Below are positions 1-8,827 of a stretch of 15,961 nt of DNA, piece after piece. How positions within the stretch are numbered: the stretch's first letter is position 1; each line of letters starts with the position of its first letter. The notes beneath the pieces are model-generated. The model worked only from the letters and a program-made list of their open reading frames with translations, did not search any database and was not told the DNA's origin. The stretch is from positions 1 through 15,961 of the forward strand of contig JBJKQR010000059.1 in NCBI GenBank assembly GCA_046735395.1. Direction: 5' to 3'. The position numbers and the translations under genes were made by a program. Origin of the DNA: Fidelibacterota bacterium (GTDB lineage Bacteria > Fidelibacterota > Fidelibacteria > Fidelibacterales > DSDE01).

Positions 1-2765
1 CCCTGTTTGAATTTCAGGATGGCCTCAGGAACATTGTATTCGAGAAAGGCATTGCGTCCGGAAGCCTTATAACTGTCTGAAATGGCCGATACCACCGGTT
101 CGCTCGGTACGGCAAAGGGCAGCTTGAGCATGGCCAGGATCTCCAGCGCCTCACCGGGGACATCCACTCCCTCCCAGAAGGATTCGGTCCCGATCAGGGT
201 TGCATTCTTCCGTTCCCGGAAACGGTTCACCAGGGCTGTCCGTGAGGCAGCACCGCTCTGATACAGCAGAGGAATATTCTGCTGCTGGTAGGCCGGTTCC
301 ATCACCAGTCTGAGATTCCGGATACTCTGATAGGATGTGGTGAGCAGCAGGGTTCCGCGCTGATAGCGGGCTGCGATTTCATTCATGAGTTCGGCCACAT
401 GGCGGTCAAATTCCTTGTCTGCCGGTTCGGGCAGAAAGGTCAGAACCCAGGATGAAGCCTGTTTTGTAAAATCAAAGGGCGATTCATATTCACCGGTAAT
501 GAGGTCACCGTTGTTCAACCTGTTAAATCCGGTCCGGGATTTGAAATAGTCGAAGGAATGATCAATGGACAGGGTCGCAGAACAGGCAATCACAGCGTGA
601 CGATTCTTCAGGATTTTTTCATGAATATCCTCCGATACGTCCAGAGGTGTGGCGCTGATGCGGATATTGCTGTTTTTCATATCCACCGGCAATTCCAGCC
701 AGTACACCCATTTTTCATTATCCGGTTCGAGAAGAAAATGAATATTCCGTCCGCATTCATCAAAATCTCCGATGGCCAGCAGCAGATCTTCCTGTTCTGC
801 CTGAATCGCAGCCTGCTCGCCCGGGTTCAGGTTCTTGATAGTATCTAAAAGCAGTTTCAGCTCCGCCATGGCCGCCTCGTGGGCCGCCATCAGCTTCTGC
901 GTCTCCGGAAGCGCATTGAAAGCATGCTTTTCGGGCATGAAACGGATTTTCTGTACATATTTCTGAACGGATTTTCGATGATGGGCATTCATAAAGTCCA
1001 GCAGGGCGGTAAAAAAAGCTTTGGACTGAGACTGGAAGCCGCCGATCTGCTTTTCACAGCTGGAAATGCGTTTGAGCAGATCATCCTGATGTTCATCCTT
1101 CCATGCGCCGCCCTTGCCCACCTTGCGGTTCAGCCGCACCAGCGCACCGAAATTATCCCGGCCGCTGTAATACAGTTTTTCGCTCACCTGATCCGCAATC
1201 CAGGGCCCGAATTCCCGGGCAAAATACTGATAGGCGCTCTTTTCCAGGTTGTGGGCCTCATCGATGATGAGAATGGGAAAATCGGGGAGAATCTGGTTAT
1301 CGGCAGCCGCGTCACTGAGAAGCAGGCTGTGATTGACCACCACTATATCCGCCACCTGCGCCAGCCGGCGCACCTTTCCCAGATAACAGCCACTGTGTTC
1401 CTGGCATTTCCGGGTGGTGCAGTATCCCGGTTCGGAACAGACCTTGCTCCAGACCGAACTCTGCATATAGGCCCGGAATCCTGGATTTTCCTCAATATCG
1501 CCCGTTTTCGTCTCTCTCAGCCACAGGCACAGGGGCAGCAGCCCCGGCCGGTCGAAAACCGAAATGGCCGAATCGAGATTATTTAGCAGTTCATTCCATT
1601 TCGTGAGACAGATATAATTGCTGCGTCCCTTCAGAAGCACGGCCGTAAAATCCGCGTCAATATGTTCGTAAATAAAGGGAATATCCTTGAAAAACAGCTG
1701 TTCCTGCAGGGATTTGGTATTGGAGGACACCACGGCGGCATAGTCCCCGTCACGATTCTTCTGCACCCATTTGATGGCGGGAATGAGATAGGCCAGGGAT
1801 TTCCCGACTCCGGTTCCGGCCTCGGCCACCAGAAATTTGCCCTTATTGAAGGCTTCCGTAATATCCGCAGACAGCTGCACCTGCCCCAGGCGCATTTCAT
1901 ATTTTTCCAGCCTGGCGGCCAGAATCCCCTGAAACCCGAAAATATCCTGAATATCGCGGCTGTTCACTTTCTGCAGCGCTGCGCTGCGGTCGTCATCGTC
2001 ATCTCCCCTGCTTCGATTCTGAAAATCACCGTACACATTGATCCCCGGCTCATGCAGAGGTGTAACATTTTCGGTCGCCGTCCGGCCCGTGTTCTCATAA
2101 TATTTCAGAATATTTTCATAGAGCGTATGATTCGGTTCACCGCTGAGCGGGCCGATAATTTTCCAGAGTTCCTTCATCAGGGCATAATCATAATGCCAGA
2201 CAATCTTCAGAAGTTCCAGCAGCAGCCAGCCGGTATTTTCCGTATCCACATTGGCGCGGTGAGCGCCTTCGGTCTGCAGGTGAAATATTTCGGACAGGGT
2301 TTCCAGCTTGCGGTCGGCCAGATAATAGAGAAAGATGCGGCTGATCTCCAGCGTATCCATGATGGGATTGGGTACCGTTATTCCGTACTTATTTAAAAAT
2401 CCCAGATCAAACCGTACATTGTGCCCCACTAAAGGCAGGCCGGCGAAAAAATCCAGAACTTCAAGTTTCCGGTCGTCAAAGGGCCTTTCATCCGCAACCA
2501 TTTCATCCGTAATCCGGGTCAGTTCCGTGATATGATCGGGAATATGAGTGCCCGGATTGCAGAAAAAATGAAAGGTGGTGTCCAGCTGTCCATGAATGAA
2601 GCGGGAAGCGGAGAACTGAATAATGTCCGCCTCGCTGCTTTCCAGTCCTGTCGTCTCCACATCAAAGGCAATAAAGCTCTCCAGCCCGATTTCCTTCAGA
2701 AAATTTTCAGGAAGCGCTGCAATGCCGACAGCTTTGGAATGCTCTGATGATTTTCCCCTTGTCAT
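1..2765 (-). CDS. dinG: DEDDh 3'-5' exonuclease (DnaQ-like) fused to a DinG/XPD-family Fe-S helicase; 3' end runs off the left edge
   Basis: Absent from the ORF track because no stop lies in the window. Segments translated by hand fall in one frame. Exonuclease motifs: ExoI FIAFDVETTGLES, ExoII GHNVRFDLGFL, ExoIII AHRANVDT. Helicase motifs: Walker A LVAEAGTGVGKSLAYL (~1800-1830), KGRSNYIC, Cys cluster YCTTRKCQEHSGCY (~1385-1425), VVVNHSLL, LIIDEAHNL, and C-terminal PEAILKFKQG at the edge. Start is ATG 2763-2765, with an alternative in-frame GTG at 2808-2810. Confidence 0.93.
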   Translation of the reverse strand, partial: MTRGKSSEHSKAVGIAALPENFLKEIGLESFIAFDVETTGLESSEADIIQFSASRFIHGQLDTTFHFFCNPGTHIPDHITELTRITDEMVADERPFDDRKLEVLDFFAGLPLVGHNVRFDLGFLNKYGITVPNPIMDTLEISRIFLYYLADRKLETLSEIFHLQTEGAHRANVDTENTGWLLLELLKIVWHYDYALMKELWKIIGPLSGEPNHTLYENILKYYENTGRTATENVTPLHEPGINVYGDFQNRSRGDDDDDRSAALQKVNSRDIQDIFGFQGILAARLEKYEMRLGQVQLSADITEAFNKGKFLVAEAGTGVGKSLAYLIPAIKWVQKNRDGDYAAVVSSNTKSLQEQLFFKDIPFIYEHIDADFTAVLLKGRSNYICLTKWNELLNNLDSAISVFDRPGLLPLCLWLRETKTGDIEENPGFRAYMQSSVWSKVCSEPGYCTTRKCQEHSGCYLGKVRRLAQVADIVVVNHSLLLSDAAADNQILPDFPILIIDEAHNLEKSAYQYFAREFGPWIADQVSEKLYYSGRDNFGALVRLNRKVGKGGAWKDEHQDDLLKRISSCEKQIGGFQSQSKAFFTALLDFMNAHHRKSVQKYVQKIRFMPEKHAFNALPETQKLMAAHEAAMAELKLLLDTIKNLNPGEQAAIQAEQEDLLLAIGDFDECGRNIHFLLEPDNEKWVYWLELPVDMKNSNIRISATPLDVSEDIHEKILKNRHAVIACSATLSIDHSFDYFKSRTGFNRLNNGDLITGEYESPFDFTKQASSWVLTFLPEPADKEFDRHVAELMNEIAARYQRGTLLLTTSYQSIRNLRLVMEPAYQQQNIPLLYQSGAASRTALVNRFRERKNATLIGTESFWEGVDVPGEALEILAMLKLPFAVPSEPVVSAISDSYKASGRNAFLEYNVPEAILKFKQ

Positions 2766-2786
2766 GAACCCTGTACCCGTCCTTTC

Positions 2787-2808
2787 GCTGCCGTCTCCGG
2801 ACCGCAGC
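2787..2808. other. Intergenic GC-rich hairpin between the GGR gene and dinG
   Basis: Minus strand reads GCTGC-G-GTC-CGGA-GAC-G-GCAGC. There is no U-tract on the coding strand; a T-rich tail follows it only on the plus strand. Confidence 0.3.
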
Positions 2809-2819
2809 ACCTTTGTTTT

Positions 2820-3998
2820 TTAATAATTTGCAAAAAGCCCGGCCACATCCAGCAGCAAACTCGGCTTGCGCATCAGCGCGATGGAAAATATTTTCACCAG
2901 CGTCCGTTTTTCATCCGGAACAGCCAGAACCTTATCCGCGATATGGTTCAGATCGTCGTCACTGAATTTGTAGATCGCCTCCTTGACCTTATACAGCCGT
3001 TCGTGGTTTTTTCCACCGGCCTTTGCCCAGGCTTTCACATATTCCTGAAAAAAAGCGTCACTGACGTCCCCGGCCCTGATAGCTTCGGCAGCCCGGATAC
3101 CGGCCAGTTTGCCCGCATGCATTCCGGAAATGATTCCGCCGCCCGTCACAGGGTCCACCATGCGCGCCGCATCACCCACCAGCATCAGGCCATCGGCGGT
3201 AATACGTTTCAGGGTTTTTGCCACCGGCACACCCCCGGCAAACAAGGTCATAATATTGCCATCGGGAAATTTATCAGCCAGAAATGCATTCAGATAATCA
3301 ATGGCTTTTTTCCCGCTCCTGTTATCTCCGGCCACACCCAGTCCGATATTGGCCATGCGGGGGCCTTTGGGAAATATCCACAGATAGCCTCCCGGCGCCC
3401 AGAATGACGACAGAAAGAACTGTATGGTTTCCGGATCAATATCAATATCGCTCACGGTGGCCTGTACAGCCGATTCCATATCTTTCATCTTAGTCGCTGT
3501 CGTCAGGCCCGCCCAGCGTCCGACACGGCTTTCCACCCCGTCGGCTGCAATAACGATTTTTGAGTGAAAGCTCCGTTCACCCTCCGGGGTCATGACCCGA
3601 ACACCCTTCACGACACCGTTCTCCATGAGCAGGCCGGTCACATTGTGCCGGGTCCGGATGGTGCATCCCGCATCCCCGGCCATCCGCGCCAGATCAAAAT
3701 CAAAACGTTTCCGATCCAGCACGAAGCCTACCGCATTTCCCACATTTGCAGAGACGGTGGATCCATTCGGCGCCGTCAGGCTCACCTTGGTAATTCGCGC
3801 CGATATCCATTCCGGACGAATATCCACGAATTTTGCCAGGCCGTCCTCGCCCACACCTTCAGCACAGCGCACCGGCACACCGATGTCCCTGTCCTTTTCC
3901 AGCATGAGTACGGAAGCGCCTCCCTTTGCGGCATGCAGCGCGGCCATGCTTCCGGACGGTCCCGCTCCGACAACGATCACATCATACTCATTTTTCAT
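2820..3998 (-). CDS. Geranylgeranyl reductase family FAD oxidoreductase, archaeal digeranylgeranylglycerophospholipid reductase-like
   Basis: Motifs: FAD-binding YDVIVVGAGPSG, PVRCAEGV, LDRKRFD, IAADGVES, PGGYLWIFPKG (PxxYxWxFP) and LVGDAARMVDPVTGGGI. The start is probably ATG 3996-3998 (GGAG 7 nt upstream) rather than 4016. Confidence 0.9.
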   Translation of the reverse strand: MKNEYDVIVVGAGPSGSMAALHAAKGGASVLMLEKDRDIGVPVRCAEGVGEDGLAKFVDIRPEWISARITKVSLTAPNGSTVSANVGNAVGFVLDRKRFDFDLARMAGDAGCTIRTRHNVTGLLMENGVVKGVRVMTPEGERSFHSKIVIAADGVESRVGRWAGLTTATKMKDMESAVQATVSDIDIDPETIQFFLSSFWAPGGYLWIFPKGPRMANIGLGVAGDNRSGKKAIDYLNAFLADKFPDGNIMTLFAGGVPVAKTLKRITADGLMLVGDAARMVDPVTGGGIISGMHAGKLAGIRAAEAIRAGDVSDAFFQEYVKAWAKAGGKNHERLYKVKEAIYKFSDDDLNHIADKVLAVPDEKRTLVKIFSIALMRKPSLLLDVAGLFANY

Positions 3999-4167
3999 CA
4001 TCACTCTCCAGTGCATAGACAGGGCAGATTTCGACGCAGAGATCGCAGTCGATACAGATTTCGCTGTCGATGCTCAGCAGTTTTTCGGACATGGTTATGC
4101 AGTCTGCAGGGCAGATTCCCACGCAGGTTCCGCACAGATCGCACTTGTCATGGTGAATGCTTATCAT
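3988..4167 (-). CDS. 2[4Fe-4S] dicluster ferredoxin (59 aa)
   Basis: Hand translation: MISIHHDKCDLCGTCVGICPADCITMSEKLLSIDSEICIDCDLCVEICPVYALESDDEK*. It has two CxxCxxCxxxCP motifs and a GGAGAG RBS upstream, and its stop overlaps the GGR start. It is shorter than anything in the ORF track. Confidence 0.95.
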   Translation of the reverse strand: MISIHHDKCDLCGTCVGICPADCITMSEKLLSIDSEICIDCDLCVEICPVYALESDDEK

Positions 4168-4179
4168 TATACTCTCCGC

Positions 4180-5577
4180 TCAGGATATCTCGTTGACATA
4201 CATTTTCTGTTTAATTCCGTTATTCCTTACCTCCAGAGGATAATTTCCCGTGAAGCAGGCCGTACAGAAATTTCCCGCCGGCTTGACCATGGAATTCAGC
4301 ATACCGTCTACACTCAGATAGCGAAGGGAGTCGGCACCGATCGTTTTCCGGATTTCGTCAATGTTCTTCTCGTGGGCAATCAGCTCTTCCTTCGTGGGAA
4401 AATCCAGCCCGTAGTAGCAGGGGTGATGGATGGGCGGCGAGGCAATGCGGACATGAACCTTGGTAGCGCCTGCCTCCTTCAGAAGCACAATGAGCTTCTT
4501 CAGAGTGGTTCCCCGTACAATACTGTCATCCACCAGAACAATCTCGCGGCCGGCCAGTGTTCCCTTGATGGGATTGAATTTGAGATGCACCTTCATATCC
4601 CGCTCTTCCTGAACGGGAGAAATAAAGGTTCGGCCCACATAATGGTTCCGGATCAGTGAAATTTCATACTTGATGCCGCTGCGCCGGCTGTACCCGATGG
4701 CAATGGTATTGGATGAATCGGGAACCGATACGACGATGTCCGCGTGTTCGGCATGATCAGCCTCCATGGCCAGGGTCTTTCCCAGCTTGCGCCGGGTCCG
4801 GTCCACCATATCCGCATAAACCTTCGAATCAGGCCGGCTGAAATAGATCAGTTCAAATATACAGTGTTTCGGTTCCTTTTTGGGCGCCAGGCGAATGGAT
4901 TCCAGCTCCGTCTGTCCCCGCTTCACCGTGATCAGTTCACCGGGGCGCACATCCCGTACATACTCGGCGCCGATGAGATCGAAGGAGGAAGTTTCCGAAC
5001 TGAAGACCCAGGCATCCCCTTTTCGTCCGATGGCCAGCGGCCGAAGTCCCAGCGGATCCCGCGCCACATACAGCGAGTCATTGGTCATGATGAGCAGGGA
5101 ATAGGCTCCTTCCACCTTGTTCAGCGCTTCCTTGATCTTCATGGTCATACGGCGTTTCCGGCTCCGAACGATAAAATGCACGATCAGTTCCGTGTCGGTG
5201 GAGGTCTTGAAGAGCGCCCCCTCTTCCTCAAGCGCCGCAAACCGTTCCTTCAGATTTATGAGGTTCCCGTTATGGGCGATGGCGATGAAGGCATCCTGAT
5301 GTTTGAACAGCAGAGGCTGAATATTGATTTCAGATGAGGACCCGGTGGTGCTGTAGCGGTTATGGCCGATGGCAATGTCACCCTTGAGCTGATTCAGGCT
5401 CTCGGAGGAATTGAATACATCCGAAACCAACCCCATACCATGCTTGCTGAAAACTTCCCGGCCATCGCAGGAAACGATTCCCGCGCTTTCCTGGCCCCGG
5501 TGCTGCAGCGCGTGGATACCGTAGTAGGCAAACTGGCTCGCATGTTCATGGTTGATCATTCCGAATATTCCGCACAT
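4180..5577 (-). CDS. purF: Amidophosphoribosyltransferase (glutamine-PRPP amidotransferase)
   Basis: N-terminal MCGIFG, LQHRGQESAGI, GHNRYST, AHNGNL, RDPLGLRPL, YFSRPDS, PRPP-binding VLVDDSIVRGTT, PCYYGLD and CTACF. Confidence 0.97.
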   Translation of the reverse strand: MCGIFGMINHEHASQFAYYGIHALQHRGQESAGIVSCDGREVFSKHGMGLVSDVFNSSESLNQLKGDIAIGHNRYSTTGSSSEINIQPLLFKHQDAFIAIAHNGNLINLKERFAALEEEGALFKTSTDTELIVHFIVRSRKRRMTMKIKEALNKVEGAYSLLIMTNDSLYVARDPLGLRPLAIGRKGDAWVFSSETSSFDLIGAEYVRDVRPGELITVKRGQTELESIRLAPKKEPKHCIFELIYFSRPDSKVYADMVDRTRRKLGKTLAMEADHAEHADIVVSVPDSSNTIAIGYSRRSGIKYEISLIRNHYVGRTFISPVQEERDMKVHLKFNPIKGTLAGREIVLVDDSIVRGTTLKKLIVLLKEAGATKVHVRIASPPIHHPCYYGLDFPTKEELIAHEKNIDEIRKTIGADSLRYLSVDGMLNSMVKPAGNFCTACFTGNYPLEVRNNGIKQKMYVNEIS

Positions 5578-5587
5578 ACAGGGGTTC

Positions 5588-5920
5588 CTATCTGATTTGA
5601 TTTACAATGAATAGTCCGGCAGCGATACCGACCGCATCCGCAAGCAGGTCCTTCCAGCAGAAATGGTCGCCGCGATGACGGTCTGCTGCCTCCTTGCCGA
5701 TACCGATCATCAGTACAGCTATCGGCGCCGTCACGATCCTGTGATCAGGTTCTGAAATCTGTCCCTCCGTGTAGCTTCCCTGCGCGGTGAGCATCAGACT
5801 CATGCTGAAATGCTTCAGCTTATCCTGAGCAAGAAAGCGATCGGATCCGCTTCCCCGCTCAGCGGCAGAAACGCCGGCACTCAGCAGCAGCAGCAAAAGA
5901 ACTGTCCGGATTCCGGTCAT
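5588..5920 (-). CDS. Small membrane/exported protein, YfiM/DUF2279-like
   Basis: Signal-peptide-like N-terminus and the pattern DKLKHF...GIGKEAAD...FCWKDLLADAVG. ATGA overlap with the upstream transporter. Confidence 0.65.
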   Translation of the reverse strand: MTGIRTVLLLLLLSAGVSAAERGSGSDRFLAQDKLKHFSMSLMLTAQGSYTEGQISEPDHRIVTAPIAVLMIGIGKEAADRHRGDHFCWKDLLADAVGIAAGLFIVNQIR

Positions 5921-7269
5921 ATAATTCCCAGTTTGCTCAGCAGCACGATAATGATGGCGACCGGACTGACATAGCGGATAAAGATCATCCAGACAGCCAT
6001 GAAGGTGTCGCTGTACTGTTCGGCGCCTTCGCGCAGATAGGCGATGGCCCGTTTTCCGCCCAGCTTCCAGCCCGTAAAAATAGCAATGAGCATCCCGCCC
6101 AGAGGCAGAAGAATATTGGCTGACAGATAATCCAGCAGGTCAAAGAAATTGAGGCCGCCCAGGGTGAAATCAGACCAGCTCCCGAAGGAAAGGGCGGAGG
6201 GAATACCGAAGAGAAAGGTAACGAGGCCGGCATAGATGGCAACCTTACGCCGGTCAAAATCCTTTTCATCCACAAAATAGGATGTAATCACTTCCAGGAG
6301 CGAAATGGCCGACGTCAGTGCGGCAATGGCGAGAAGGGCAAAAAAGAGGACGGCGAAAACCGTTCCGCCGGGCATTCTGGCAAATACGGCCGGCAGCACC
6401 TGAAACGCCAGGCCGGGCCCGGCATCCGGCTCAAATCCCATTGAAAAGACAGCCGTGAAGATGGCAACACCGGCGAGAATGGCAATCAGCGTATCGAGAA
6501 AGGCAATGATAACCCCGTTCTTTACAATATTTTCCTTTTTGCCCAGATAGGAACCATAGGTCATCATGGCGCCCATTCCCAGGCTCAGGGTAAAGAAGGC
6601 ATGCCCCAGGGCAATGAGCACGGCGTTCGGCGTAATCAGCTCAAAATCAGGACGAAACAGAAACTCCAGCCCCTTTGAACTGCCCTTCAGGCTGATTCCC
6701 CAGAAAACCAGCAGAATCAGAATGAGAAAGAACAGCGGCATGAGTATACGCGAAAATTTTTCGATGCCTTTGTTTACACCGAAATACACTACAGCCACCG
6801 TGAGGATGGCAAACAGCGCCTGCCAGCCCAGTATCCATACCGGATTTCCGATGTGCTGAGTGAAGAATTGGCCCGAGATGTCCGCACTGGTAAAGGTGGC
6901 GATGGATCCCTTCAGTCCCTCCACCACATAGCCGAGGCTCCAGCCTGCCACCACATTATAATAGCTGAGGATGAAGAACCCCGTCACCACGCCCACATAT
7001 CCGACGGCCGTCCAGAACCTGTTTTTTTCCGAAAGAAGGGCAAAGGCTCCCACGGGATTCTTCTGCGAAGTCCGTCCGATCAGGATTTCCGCGATCAGCA
7101 CCGGGATTCCCACGATAAGAATGGAAATGAGATAGACCAGAATGAAGGCCGCGCCGCCGTTTTCTCCGGTGATATAAGGAAATTTCCAGATATTTCCCAG
7201 CCCGATTGCCGATCCGGCCGCCGCCAGTACAAATCCCAGTCCGCTGCCCCAGTGTTCCCGTGCTTTCAT
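5917..7269 (-). CDS. Sodium-dependent transporter, NSS/SNF (neurotransmitter:sodium symporter) family
   Basis: REHWGSGLGFVLAAAGSAIGLGNIWKFPY, GGAAFILVY, AFFTLSLGMGAMMTYGSY, GPGLAF, and many hydrophobic segments. Confidence 0.95.
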   Translation of the reverse strand: MKAREHWGSGLGFVLAAAGSAIGLGNIWKFPYITGENGGAAFILVYLISILIVGIPVLIAEILIGRTSQKNPVGAFALLSEKNRFWTAVGYVGVVTGFFILSYYNVVAGWSLGYVVEGLKGSIATFTSADISGQFFTQHIGNPVWILGWQALFAILTVAVVYFGVNKGIEKFSRILMPLFFLILILLVFWGISLKGSSKGLEFLFRPDFELITPNAVLIALGHAFFTLSLGMGAMMTYGSYLGKKENIVKNGVIIAFLDTLIAILAGVAIFTAVFSMGFEPDAGPGLAFQVLPAVFARMPGGTVFAVLFFALLAIAALTSAISLLEVITSYFVDEKDFDRRKVAIYAGLVTFLFGIPSALSFGSWSDFTLGGLNFFDLLDYLSANILLPLGGMLIAIFTGWKLGGKRAIAYLREGAEQYSDTFMAVWMIFIRYVSPVAIIIVLLSKLGII

Positions 7270-7285
7270 TCGTATATCCCTTCCA

Positions 7286-7720
7286 TTATTTTAAAAATTT
7301 ATAGGAGAGTCTGAGTTCGGGTCGAAAATCAGGGCTGAGCGCGACCGTCACGTCCGTGCTGGGAAACAGACTCAGGTGCGCGTCAACATAAGCATCAATC
7401 GCTCCCAGCAGATAGGTGCCCGCGCCCCACCATAAATATTTATTCCGCTCATCCCGCAGCTTCACGTCGCTGGTTCGTCCGAAGTCTCTCTGGTTTTTCC
7501 AGGCGTTATAGCCCATGTAAAGATCCGCTCCCACGTAGATACTGGCCTTCAGAATTTTTCCATTGTACAGCTGTCCCGATCCGGGCAGAACGAAGGACAG
7601 AAAAAGCGCCGTCTTCGGATTCCTGCCCTGCTTCCCGTCCGCTTCCAAACTGTCTTCGGAAAAGGCAGGAAACGCTGTAATACCCAGCAAACAGATCAGA
7701 ACAATAATTTTCAGCTTCAA
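7286..7720 (-). CDS. Hypothetical membrane/exported protein (TM2/DUF5683-like)
   Basis: TTG start, signal peptide, and the patterns NPKTALFLSFVLPGSGQLYNG and IDAYVDAHL. It fills the gap between ridA and the NSS gene. Confidence 0.7.
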   Translation of the reverse strand: MKLKIIVLICLLGITAFPAFSEDSLEADGKQGRNPKTALFLSFVLPGSGQLYNGKILKASIYVGADLYMGYNAWKNQRDFGRTSDVKLRDERNKYLWWGAGTYLLGAIDAYVDAHLSLFPSTDVTVALSPDFRPELRLSYKFLK

Positions 7721-7725
7721 GAATA

Positions 7726-8109
7726 TCAGTCCTTCATCGCCACCGCTTCTATTTCAATCAGCGCTCCCATCGGCAGCGCCGCAACCTGTACTGCCGATCT
7801 GGCAGGCGGGCTGTCGGGAAAAAATTCCCCGAATACCGCATTGACCAGGGCAAAATCCTTCAGATCTGCCATGAATACGGTCAGTTTCAGAATGCTGTCA
7901 CGGCTGCCGCCGCCGGCTTCCACTACCGCGATGACATTATTCAGAACCTGCCGGGTTGCCTCCGTAATCGAACTATTATGAAATTCACCGCTTTCCGGAT
8001 CAAGAGGGATCTGGCCGGCAGTAAAAATCAGGTTATCTCCTGCCATACCCTGGCTGTAGGCTCCAACCGGTGCAGGTGCCTTCGCCGTCTCAATTCTTTT
8101 CTTCGCCAT
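7726..8109 (-). CDS. ridA: RidA/YjgF/UK114 family reactive imine deaminase
   Basis: APAPVGAYSQG, FTAGQIPLDP, PPARSAVQVAALP (catalytic Arg) and IEIEAVA. The true start is probably MAKKRI at 8109 (GAGGG upstream), not 8160. Confidence 0.93.
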   Translation of the reverse strand: MAKKRIETAKAPAPVGAYSQGMAGDNLIFTAGQIPLDPESGEFHNSSITEATRQVLNNVIAVVEAGGGSRDSILKLTVFMADLKDFALVNAVFGEFFPDSPPARSAVQVAALPMGALIEIEAVAMKD

Positions 8110-8791
8110 CTGCCCTCTCCTTTTTCTTTCCTTTTTCCGGCGCCTCGCGCAGAGGCACAAAACGAACTTCCGTCAGAATACGCCGCACCCATTTACCATC
8201 CCGTTTTTCCATGAGAATCAATTCCTGCGCTTCCTCACCGACAGGGATAATCATTTTTCCCTTCGGCTTCAGCTGTTTCAGCAGATTCATGGGGACGTCC
8301 GCAGGGGCGGCTGAAACAATGATCGCATCGTAGGGCGCCTGCGGCGCATATCCGGCATAGCCGTTTCCCTGGTAAATCCGGACATTCTTCAGTTCCAGCG
8401 TATTCATCACGCGGATACTGGCCGTGACCAGCTCCTTCTGCAGTTCTATTCCGGTCACCCGGTCCACGAGCAGAGACAGGAGGGCACACACATATCCGCT
8501 GCCGCTGCCGATCTCCAGAACCCGGTCTGTCGGACGCAGACGCAGCGCTTCCAGCATAAGAGCCACCACATACGGCTGGGACAAGGTCTGATTGTATCCG
8601 ATCTGTACCGGGCCGTCCCGATGGACCTGATCCTGTTCGGATTCGGGAACAAAAAGATGACGCGGAATGGTCAGAAAGGCATCAATAACCCGTCTGTCCC
8701 GGATCCCATAACCCACAAGCTGCTCTTCAACCATCGCCTGCCGCTTACTGAACTTGCCGAAGCCGGCGAATGTATTTTTTTTATTTTTCAT
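8090..8791 (-). CDS. pcm: Protein-L-isoaspartate(D-aspartate) O-methyltransferase
   Basis: IPRHLFVP, QTLSQPYVVALM, VLEIGSGSGY (SAM binding), APYDAIIVSAA, QLKPKGKMIIPVG and VRFVPL. Start is ATG 8791 or TTG 8800. Confidence 0.95.
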   Translation of the reverse strand: MKNKKNTFAGFGKFSKRQAMVEEQLVGYGIRDRRVIDAFLTIPRHLFVPESEQDQVHRDGPVQIGYNQTLSQPYVVALMLEALRLRPTDRVLEIGSGSGYVCALLSLLVDRVTGIELQKELVTASIRVMNTLELKNVRIYQGNGYAGYAPQAPYDAIIVSAAPADVPMNLLKQLKPKGKMIIPVGEEAQELILMEKRDGKWVRRILTEVRFVPLREAPEKGKKKERADGEEKN

Positions 8792-8827
8792 GGATTGCAA
8801 ATGTAAAACGGGTAAAGCGCGACGGGT

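Noticed and set aside
1..2765. DinG as a type IV CRISPR CasDinG or defence helicase
   Set aside because: No cas genes or array are in view, the context is housekeeping, and the N-terminal DnaQ-like domain fits chromosomal exonuclease-DinG.
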